Shown here: one piece after another, positions 1 to 6,870 of the stretch
Numbering within the stretch: position 1 is the first letter of the stretch
Layout of the letters: every line of letters starts with the position of its first letter
Assembly: GCA_030830415.1 (NCBI GenBank)
Contig: JAURNB010000056.1
Span: 1-33,131 of the forward strand
Direction of reading: 5' to 3'
DNA: 33,131 bases
Source: Acidimicrobiales bacterium
Lineage (GTDB): Bacteria; Actinomycetota; Acidimicrobiia; Acidimicrobiales; Ilumatobacteraceae
The notes under the pieces: generated by a model
What the model was told of the DNA's origin: nothing
The model's input: the letters and a program-made list of their open reading frames with translations, nothing else
Database searches by the model: none
Program-made: the position numbers and the translations under genes

Positions 1-25
1 GAAAGGAGGGAAAATCAGCAGACAT
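1..25 (-). CDS. 5' end of an unidentified divergent gene (MSADFPSF..., runs off the window)
   Basis: The minus strand reads TACCAT-gt-AGGAG-tt-ATG TCT GCT GAT TTT CCC TCC TTT: a -10-like hexamer, an SD-like AGGAG and a frame open to the window edge. Only 8 codons are visible. Confidence 0.4.
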
Positions 26-75
26 AACTCCTACATGGTAGGGGGCGAAGGGGTGCCGTAGGTAGCGTGGAGCAC

Positions 76-501
76 ATGTCGAAGCCGCGCAAGCGTTCAA
101 GCGGTTCATCTGCTCACAAATACCCCCGCGAAGCTCGCCTCAATGAGCTTCTGCGAGAGGTCATTGCCGAAGAGTTAGTGCGTATCGACGACGAACGCCT
201 GGCCTTTGTCACCATTACGGCCATCGATGTTGATGCCGAGCTCAACCGGGCCATTGTTTATTTCGACTCGCTGACCGATGAAGAGGGCGATGAAGAGATT
301 CTGAACACCCTCGGTGAACTGCGAATTCGTATTCAGTCGTCTGTCGGCCGCCAAATTCGCACGAAAAAAACTCCGATTCTCGATTTCCGCCCCGACACGG
401 TCATTCGTGCCGCAGCGCGTATCGATGAAGTGCTGCGCATCGACCGTGAACGTCGTGAGGCAATGGAACAAGGCACCTACGTGGTGCCCGACACCGAATA
501 A
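76..501 (+). CDS. rbfA: 30S ribosome-binding factor A
   Basis: RLNELLREVIAE, VTITAIDVD and KKTPILDFRPD match RbfA, and the gene lies directly upstream of truB. ATG 76 is preferred over GTG 67 because TAGCGT (63-68) sits 7 nt upstream. Confidence 0.93.
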   Translation: MSKPRKRSSGSSAHKYPREARLNELLREVIAEELVRIDDERLAFVTITAIDVDAELNRAIVYFDSLTDEEGDEEILNTLGELRIRIQSSVGRQIRTKKTPILDFRPDTVIRAAARIDEVLRIDRERREAMEQGTYVVPDTE

Positions 502-506
502 CACTT

Positions 507-1415
507 ATGGCAAAGCGGCGCCCACCACAGGTGCATGGCCTTGTGCTCATCGATAAACCCGCAGGCGTCACCAGCCACGATGTGGTGAATACGTTGCGCA
601 AGTCGTTGAGCGAACGTCGTATTGGGCATGCCGGAACCCTCGACCCCGATGCAACAGGAGTTTTAGTTGTTGCGGTGGGTCGCGCTACGCGGCTCATGCA
701 GTTCGTTTCAGGTTCCGATAAAGAATACGTTGCCGAAGTTGTGCTGGGTTCTCGCACGAGCACGCTTGATGATTCGGGAGAAGTGCTAGAGACATTCAAC
801 ATGAGTGCAGTCACGCCAGCCGATGTGCAACGTGTGGTGCGTGAGAACTTAACGGGCGACATTTTGCAAGTGCCACCCATGGTGTCGGCGCTCAAAGTAG
901 ATGGAAAACGATTGCATGAATATGCGCGTGAAGGCGTAGAGATTGAACGCAAGGCACGACCCGTGCACATTTCTCGTTTCGATATTGAAGCAACCGACGA
1001 CCCTTTGGTGTATCGCATGAGCGTTGAGTGTTCCTCGGGAACTTACGTGCGCACGTTGGCCGACGACCTTGGCCGTTTACTTGACGGGGGAGCACATTTA
1101 CGTCGCTTGCGGCGTACGCGAGTAGGGCGATTCACCGAAGAGATGACCTCTGCGTTGGAAAGCCCACAGTTGCTGAGCGAAGTGGGTCTTGTAGAGCACC
1201 TCGCTCGCGTTGATCTAGATGCAGAAACTGCAGATCGTGCATTACATGGCGCAATGCTGCCTGTAGATGTGACGCTGGGTTGGGTAGGCGATGGCCCATG
1301 GAGCGTGTATGGCCCCAATGACGTGTTGCTCGGCGTCTACGAACCAACTGCATCTCAAACAGGATTAGGCCTGACACTGGCTAAACCAACAGTTGTCATT
1401 GCCTTTAGTGGATAG
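507..1415 (+). CDS. truB: tRNA pseudouridine(55) synthase
   Basis: DKPAGVTSHDVV, GHAGTLDPDATGVL (catalytic Asp), QVPPMVSALKVDG and CSSGTYVRTLA motifs. Confidence 0.97.
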   Translation: MAKRRPPQVHGLVLIDKPAGVTSHDVVNTLRKSLSERRIGHAGTLDPDATGVLVVAVGRATRLMQFVSGSDKEYVAEVVLGSRTSTLDDSGEVLETFNMSAVTPADVQRVVRENLTGDILQVPPMVSALKVDGKRLHEYAREGVEIERKARPVHISRFDIEATDDPLVYRMSVECSSGTYVRTLADDLGRLLDGGAHLRRLRRTRVGRFTEEMTSALESPQLLSEVGLVEHLARVDLDAETADRALHGAMLPVDVTLGWVGDGPWSVYGPNDVLLGVYEPTASQTGLGLTLAKPTVVIAFSG

Positions 1416-1425
1416 TGTTTCTCAC

Positions 1426-2391
1426 GTGATTGTTGTTCGCGACTTGTCTGTATCGCCGTGGCCGGAAAAGCGTTGTGTGCTCACCATTGGCGCATACGAC
1501 GGTGTGCACCGTGGTCACCAAGCAGTCATTGCCGCAGTGCGCGAGCAAGCAAAGTCACTCAATGCCTTAAGTGTTGTGGTGACTTTCGACAAACACCCTG
1601 CTTCGGTCGTGCGACCCGAGTCGGCGCCACTGTTGCTTACCGACCTGGAACAGAAAATTGAATTGTTGTCCACAACTGGTGTCGATGCCGTCGTGGTGGT
1701 CCCCTTTAATGAAGAGCAATCAACGGAAAACCCAGAGGCGTTTGTGAAGCGTGTGCTGGTTGATTGTTTGCATGTGCAACACATTGTTGTAGGTGAAGAT
1801 TTCCATTTTGGAAAAAACCGCAGTGGCAATGTTGCCCTCTTGCGCACCGAGGGTGCACAGCACGATTTCACCACCGGCCCTCTCGACCTGCTCGCACGAC
1901 AAGACGGAGTAGAAGAGCCCATTAGTTCTACAGCTATTCGTCGCGCACTGCGCGGTGGCGAAATCGACACAGCAACAGCGCTCTTGGGTCACTCTTTTGA
2001 AGTGCGTGGCCCTGTGGTCACAGGCGACCAACGTGGGCGCACCATTGGTTTTGCTACCGCCAACGTTCAGGTTCCTGGCTTCATTTGTTTGCCTGCCGAC
2101 GGCGTGTATGCAGGTATCTATACGCGTCCGTCAGGTAAGCGTTATGCGTGTGCAATCAACCTTGGTCGTCGCCCCACTTTTTATGAGCACAGCAATTCAT
2201 CGCTGCTCGAAGCACACCTCATTGATGAATCAATAGATCTCTATGGCGAAGATGCAAAGGTTCAGTTCACGCACTTCTTGCGCTCAGAGCGAAAGTTCAA
2301 TGGCCCCGATGCGCTCATTGCGCAAGTGAAACTAGATGTGGATCACGCGCGGGAACTGATTAATTCGTTACCGCCTGGCACGCGACCATAA
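1426..2391 (+). CDS. ribF: Bifunctional riboflavin kinase / FAD synthetase
   Basis: IGAYDGVHRGH (HxGH), VGEDFHFG, ISSTAIR, GRTIGFATAN and LEAHL. Start placed at GTG 1426, after the truB stop. Confidence 0.95.
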   Translation: MIVVRDLSVSPWPEKRCVLTIGAYDGVHRGHQAVIAAVREQAKSLNALSVVVTFDKHPASVVRPESAPLLLTDLEQKIELLSTTGVDAVVVVPFNEEQSTENPEAFVKRVLVDCLHVQHIVVGEDFHFGKNRSGNVALLRTEGAQHDFTTGPLDLLARQDGVEEPISSTAIRRALRGGEIDTATALLGHSFEVRGPVVTGDQRGRTIGFATANVQVPGFICLPADGVYAGIYTRPSGKRYACAINLGRRPTFYEHSNSSLLEAHLIDESIDLYGEDAKVQFTHFLRSERKFNGPDALIAQVKLDVDHARELINSLPPGTRP

Positions 2392-4712
2392 GTAGTAGTG
2401 CGCTGTTCAAGCGTGCGACCCAATGGTGAAACCAGTGCGTTGAAGCTGTCTTCGCTCATCTTTTGACCATGGTTTGCGCCAGCTGCACGAGAGATGTTCT
2501 CGTCCATCAGCGTTCCGCCGAGGTCGTTGCAACCAGCGTTGAGCATTTGGCGGGCGCCGTCGACGCCAACTTTGGTCCAAGATACTTGGATGTTGTCGAT
2601 GAGGCCATGGTAGGCAATGCGCGCAACAGCATGCATCAAAATATTTTCACGGAATGTTGGCCCACGACGTGATTTACGTTGCAAGTAAATAGGTGATGCC
2701 ATGTGCACGAATGGAAGCCCAACGAACTCGGTGAAGCCGCCTGTTTCTTTTTGCAGGTCACGCGTAACCACCATGTGCTTGGCCCAGCTGTCGGTGTGTT
2801 CCACACTGCCGAACATGATGGTGATGTTGGAACGAAGACCAACACTGTGTGCCACACGATGACATTCGAGCCACTCTTCGGTGTTTATTTTGTCGGGGCA
2901 CAAGATGGCACGAATTTTGTCGTCGAGTATTTCGGCTGCTGTGCCCGGAAGCGAGGCGAGCCCTGCATCTTTCAAACGAATGAGGTAGGTCTCTAAAGAC
3001 TCACCGAGTCGTTTTGCCCCTTCAGTGACTTCAAGAGCGGTGAAGCCATGCACATGCATTTCTGGAACAGCGTCTTTCACAGCACGTGTGACGTCGATGT
3101 AATAGTCGCCATCGAAATCGGGGTGAATACCACCTTGCAAGGTGACCTCTGTTGCCCCCATTTCCCACGCCTGTGCGGCACGTTGTGCAATGTCGTCGAG
3201 CGTGAGCAAATATGGTGTGCCACGCAAGTTGAGGCTCAGTGGGCCTTTAGAAAAACCACAGAACTTGCACTTGAAAGTGCAGACATTGGTGTAGTTGATA
3301 TTGCGGTTATGGACCCAGGTGACCGTGTCGCCAACTGTGCGCTTGCGGAGTTCATCGGCAAATTCAGCAACGGCATTCATTTCGCGCCCACGAGCGCGGA
3401 ACAGCGCAACAATTTGCTGTTCATCGGGAAGGTCGCCGGCTTCAACGCCATCAAAGATTTCGCGTAGTTCTCCAGAAATCTTTGTGGCGCCTGGAATGAG
3501 GATTGGTGGTTTGTTGTTTGCGCCTGAATACCACTGTGTTGAACGGTGTCCGACCAAAACAACTTCAGCGCCATCGAGCACAACATCTGCTGCTGTTACT
3601 TTTTCAGGCCAAATGGCGCCTGGGTCGTCGCGACCCAGACCTTCTGCATCGGCACGGTCCATGACAGGAAATTGCACTGCAGGGTCAATCCAGCGAGCAG
3701 GTTCACGAACATATTCGGGGTAAATGGTGAGGCGCGGTGCGAGTTCGTAGCCGCGTTGCGAAGTAACTTCGCGCAGCCGGTCGAGTGCCGGCCATGGGCG
3801 CTCGGGGTTCACATGGTCGGCAGTAACAGGGGAGACGCCACCCCAGTCGTCGATGCCGGCATCGAGCAAAATGCCAAAGTCGTCTGACAAGTTGGGCGGT
3901 GCTTGCAAGTGAATGGAGTCGGGCAAAATGAGCCGTGCCATTGCAATGCTCCACAAGTATTCGTCTTCTGGGCAAGGAGCTTCATGTTGCATGCCTGTGC
4001 GTGGTTTTGGCAAAAAGTTCTGCACAATCACTTCTTGTACGTGTCCGTATTTTTCGTGCGATGCAGCAATGGCCTCTAATGCAGCGATGCGATCTTCACG
4101 GTTTTCACCAATGCCCACCAAGATGCCGGTGGTGAAAGGAATTTTGAGTTCGCCAGCCCACTGCAATGTGTCGAGTCGACGCTGAGGCACTTTGTCGGGT
4201 GCTCCGCGGTGACACGGAAGATCATCGCGCAAAGTTTCAATCATCATTCCTTGTGAAGGTGACACCTTGCGCAACAATGCGAGTTCGTCTTCGTAGAGCG
4301 CTCCGGCATTTGCGTGCGGTAACAAACCAGTTTCTGTGAGCACCAGTTGTGCCATGTCGTGCAAGTAATGAACGGTGCTGTCGTAACCATTTGCCTTCAA
4401 CCATTGTGCTGCAATGTCGTAGCGCAATTCAGGACGTTCGCCCAGAGTGAAGAGTGCTTCGTGACAACCTTGCTTGGCGCCAGCTTTTGCAATGTTGAGT
4501 ACTTGCTCAGCTGAGAGGAACGGGTTTTCGAGCCGCGCTGGTGGCTGAGCAAAAGTGCAATAGCCACAGGTGTCACGGCACAACATGGTGAGGGGAATAA
4601 ACACCTTGGGTGAATAGGTGACGCGAGTTCCAAAAAGTGTGTCGCGTCGTGCCGAGGCAAGAGCGAGCAACTGTGGCAGTGGAGTATCTAGCGAGGGTCG
4701 CTGGGACAGCAT
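2343..4712 (-). CDS. fbiC: Bifunctional FO synthase (CofG-CofH fusion, two radical SAM domains)
   Basis: N-terminal VTYSPKVFIPLTMLCRDTCGYC (CofG) and C-terminal NRNINYTNVCTFKCKFC plus GCNDLGGTLMDENISRAAG (CofH). Start set at ATG 4712; the ORF track's 4808 start runs through a structured leader. Confidence 0.93.
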   Translation of the reverse strand: MLSQRPSLDTPLPQLLALASARRDTLFGTRVTYSPKVFIPLTMLCRDTCGYCTFAQPPARLENPFLSAEQVLNIAKAGAKQGCHEALFTLGERPELRYDIAAQWLKANGYDSTVHYLHDMAQLVLTETGLLPHANAGALYEDELALLRKVSPSQGMMIETLRDDLPCHRGAPDKVPQRRLDTLQWAGELKIPFTTGILVGIGENREDRIAALEAIAASHEKYGHVQEVIVQNFLPKPRTGMQHEAPCPEDEYLWSIAMARLILPDSIHLQAPPNLSDDFGILLDAGIDDWGGVSPVTADHVNPERPWPALDRLREVTSQRGYELAPRLTIYPEYVREPARWIDPAVQFPVMDRADAEGLGRDDPGAIWPEKVTAADVVLDGAEVVLVGHRSTQWYSGANNKPPILIPGATKISGELREIFDGVEAGDLPDEQQIVALFRARGREMNAVAEFADELRKRTVGDTVTWVHNRNINYTNVCTFKCKFCGFSKGPLSLNLRGTPYLLTLDDIAQRAAQAWEMGATEVTLQGGIHPDFDGDYYIDVTRAVKDAVPEMHVHGFTALEVTEGAKRLGESLETYLIRLKDAGLASLPGTAAEILDDKIRAILCPDKINTEEWLECHRVAHSVGLRSNITIMFGSVEHTDSWAKHMVVTRDLQKETGGFTEFVGLPFVHMASPIYLQRKSRRGPTFRENILMHAVARIAYHGLIDNIQVSWTKVGVDGARQMLNAGCNDLGGTLMDENISRAAGANHGQKMSEDSFNALVSPLGRTLEQRTTTYGRVPGGNELISSRA

Positions 4713-4824
4713 GAAGAAACCTTTTCCGGTAACCGTTCCGAAGGAACGAACTGAGTATGTCTGCCAGCGCTCAACGGCAATGCTTCGGGAGCTAGAAATC
4801 CGAGGCATTACCTACATGTCGAGC
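4713..4824 (-). ncRNA. Candidate structured 5' leader (cis-regulatory RNA) of fbiC
   Basis: It starts 6 nt after TACAGT. GCUCGAC/GUUGAGC and GGUAAUGC/GCAUUGCC helices form a long hairpin (4769-4824), and a second hairpin CGUUCC/GGAACG lies at 4734-4748. It matches no riboswitch I recognise. Confidence 0.45.
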
Positions 4825-4830
4825 ACAGTG

Positions 4831-4836
4831 ACTGTA
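4831..4836 (-). promoter_or_regulatory. Putative -10 element (TACAGT) of an internal fbiC promoter
   Basis: TANNNT hexamer 6 nt before the first base of the leader hairpin, the same spacing seen at other promoters in this window. Confidence 0.5.
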
Positions 4837-4869
4837 GCGCAGGTAGCGGTGAAGCGGCTAGTTCAGGGC

Positions 4870-5646
4870 TTAATCGGGAACGGCAGCAAAAAGGGCACGT
4901 ACGTTGTGGCTATTGAGTGGCAAGCGGTGCCCGGTACGACTAATGAAGCCCAATTGGACCCCTGAAACCGGGTCGAGCACAGTGAAGAGTTGCTCGTGGC
5001 CGTCTTTGTCGACAATGACATCGGTGAGAAGCGGAACACCAATTGCCGAGAGGGCCTGTTGCGTGAAGCCTGCATTGAGCACCTCAATAGCAATGTGCTG
5101 TACACCCGAACCATGTTCATCGAGATGTGCTTGCACTGCCGCATCGTTGCCAGCGCCCAAAAGAACCACCAAAACGCCGCCAGCTTCTGCAAGAAACATT
5201 TCAGTGTCGTCGGTGGGCGAGACGCGGAACCCCATTTGGGTAAAAAATGCACAAGCAGCGGTGATGTCGGTAACGGCAACAACAACATGGTCGATGCGAC
5301 ACGCAACAGTGTCGAGAGCGGAAGCCCCGTTCATCTCGGCATCTTTCAGTGGTGCCGACTCACCGAGGCCATGTGCTACTTCGATGCGATGAGTTTCTGC
5401 AAGCAATGTGCGGAAAATCTGTTCAGCAAAGTCGGCATCAACATTTTTATCAATGGCCCACTGCCTGCGGGTGGTGAGTACTTCGCGAACGCGTTGTGGC
5501 TGAATGACTGCTGCATCAACTTGCGATTTCACATCGGCTACTTCTTTGCATACGTCGAGTCGACGCGCAAGAAGTTCAACAATGCCCTGATCGATGCTGT
5601 CGATTTCGTTGCGTAGCACCGACAGTTGTTGTGAAATGTCGCTCAT
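4870..5646 (-). CDS. Fusion of an AroQ-class (chorismate/aminodeoxychorismate) mutase domain and an HPPD-C-terminal-like VOC domain
   Basis: Residues 1-92: LRNEIDSIDQGIVELLARR...K40...QPQRV. Residues 117-258: IDHVVVAV, HGSGVQHIAIEV, EQLFT and NVRALF. ATGA overlap with the riboflavin synthase stop. Confidence 0.8.
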   Translation of the reverse strand: MSDISQQLSVLRNEIDSIDQGIVELLARRLDVCKEVADVKSQVDAAVIQPQRVREVLTTRRQWAIDKNVDADFAEQIFRTLLAETHRIEVAHGLGESAPLKDAEMNGASALDTVACRIDHVVVAVTDITAACAFFTQMGFRVSPTDDTEMFLAEAGGVLVVLLGAGNDAAVQAHLDEHGSGVQHIAIEVLNAGFTQQALSAIGVPLLTDVIVDKDGHEQLFTVLDPVSGVQLGFISRTGHRLPLNSHNVRALFAAVPD

Positions 5647-6227
5647 TTGGAAATGTGTGCAGTCAGTAGTCGTTCAACGTGTTTGGCAAGAACATCCATT
5701 TCAATGTTCACTCTGTCGCCGGCACGGCGCACGCCAAGGGTGGTGACCTCGCAGGTGTGCGGAATAACAGCAACATCAAAAGTGTCGTCACCTAAATTGA
5801 AAGCAGTGAGGCTGATGCCATCGACGGTGACGGAACCTTTCTCAACGAGATACACCATGAGTTCTGGAGCAATGCGAATGCGCAACTCGGGAGCGGCTTG
5901 CACCACAGTTCCTACGCCATCAACATGGCCAAGCACAATGTGTCCGCCAAGACGTTCGCCAAGGGCCATGGGCCGCTCGAGGTTCACCACAGCGCCATCT
6001 TCAATGTCGTTCAAGTTGGTGCGTTGGTAGGTTTCTTCACTCACATCGGCTTCCCACCATGAATTTCCAGCAGTGGTGTCTGACGACACAAGGGTCAGAC
6101 AGCAGCCATTCACGGCAATAGAAGCCCCCATCTCGCTGCCTTCCAGCACGGTTGACGCGGAAATCCGCAATCGGGGTCCGCGACGGGAGATGACTCGGCC
6201 AAGCTCTTCAACAATTCCAGTGAACAC
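5643..6227 (-). CDS. ribE: Riboflavin synthase (alpha chain)
   Basis: Diagnostic N-terminus MFTGIVEE, plus GASIAVNGCCLT, VNLER, GGHIVLGHVDG and KGSVTVDGISLT. Confidence 0.96.
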   Translation of the reverse strand: MFTGIVEELGRVISRRGPRLRISASTVLEGSEMGASIAVNGCCLTLVSSDTTAGNSWWEADVSEETYQRTNLNDIEDGAVVNLERPMALGERLGGHIVLGHVDGVGTVVQAAPELRIRIAPELMVYLVEKGSVTVDGISLTAFNLGDDTFDVAVIPHTCEVTTLGVRRAGDRVNIEMDVLAKHVERLLTAHISK

Positions 6228-6233
6228 GGGGCA

Positions 6234-6239
6234 AGGTTA
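6234..6239 (-). promoter_or_regulatory. Putative -10 element (TAACCT) of a leaderless ribE transcript
   Basis: TANNNT 6 nt upstream of the GTG start, with no SD. Confidence 0.55.
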
Positions 6240-6273
6240 CCCCTCGCAGGTTGGTGGTGGTGTGTCTATTCCA

Positions 6274-6387
6274 TAGCCTGTAGAGGTCCAGCAAGGCCCG
6301 CCCATCATGACGAGGGGAGAGCGTCGCTGAGATGCCCGTGGCCAATTGGCTCCGAGCGACCCACCATATATACAAAGTGAGGCACCC
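6274..6387 (+). promoter_or_regulatory. rpsO promoter (-10 TAGCCT) and ~100-nt 5' leader, possible S15 autoregulatory element
   Basis: TAGCCT at 6274-6279, GTCGCT(6323-6328)/AGCGAC(6355-6360) pairing, and an SD-like GAGG before ATG 6388. Confidence 0.4.
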
Positions 6388-6654
6388 ATGCCAGAAAAGG
6401 CACCAAAGCAGACCACCATCGCCGTGCACCAACAGCACGCGACCGATACCGGCTCTCCAGATGTTCAGATTGCGCTCCTCACCGACCGCATCAATCAATT
6501 AACTGACCACTTGAAAGACCACCCAAAAGATCACCACTCACGTCGTGGACTTTTGATGTTGGTTGGCCGTCGTCGCCGCATGCTCGATTACGTTCGTGAC
6601 CGCGATATTCAGCGTTACCGCGATCTCATCGCAAAACTTGGTCTTCGTCGCTAA
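6388..6654 (+). CDS. rpsO: 30S ribosomal protein S15
   Basis: [29 protein letters not shown] and LGLRR; 88 aa from ATG 6388. Confidence 0.98.
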   Translation: MPEKAPKQTTIAVHQQHATDTGSPDVQIALLTDRINQLTDHLKDHPKDHHSRRGLLMLVGRRRRMLDYVRDRDIQRYRDLIAKLGLRR

Positions 6655-6676
6655 TCAGCGTCGCCCACTCTGGCTA

Positions 6677-6701
6677 GGTATCCCCAAAAGGTGGGGATAC
6701 C
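6677..6701 (+). terminator. Stem-loop after rpsO (terminator or processing/stability hairpin)
   Basis: Perfect 10-bp stem GGTATCCCCA / TGGGGATACC with a 5-nt loop; no U-tract on the + strand. Confidence 0.6.
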
Positions 6702-6733
6702 ACAAGCAGAATAGAAACCAGAAATAAAGAAGC

Positions 6734-6820
6734 GAGCAACCGTGAGTCGGTTGTCAGTCGCCTAGCCCGTGGCCCTAGTTGGGTCACGAGATTGCCGACT
6801 GGGAACCGACATTGTTGCTC
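6734..6820 (+). ncRNA. pnp 5' leader long stem-loop (Actino-pnp-like, probable RNase III site)
   Basis: Nested helices GAGCAAC/GTTGCTC, GTCGGTT/AACCGAC, CAGTCG/CGACTG and CGTGGCCC/GGGTCACG upstream of the pnp SD (AAAGGAGG). Confidence 0.7.
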
Positions 6821-6870
6821 ATTTGACCCCGTCTCATCTTTGAGCACATACATATATAAAGGAGGACACC

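Noticed and set aside
1413..1425. TAGTGTTTCTCAC before ribF resembles the TetR operator half-site
   Set aside because: It is only an imperfect half-site with no inverted partner; the similarity is largely explained by the shared -10 hexamer.
6307..6330. Mini-ORF MTRGERR in the rpsO leader
   Set aside because: It has no SD, is not at the predicted TSS, and ORFs of this length are expected by chance.
6228..6387. FMN riboswitch upstream of riboflavin synthase
   Set aside because: No RFN consensus is visible, and ribE appears leaderless (-10 box 6 nt from the GTG).
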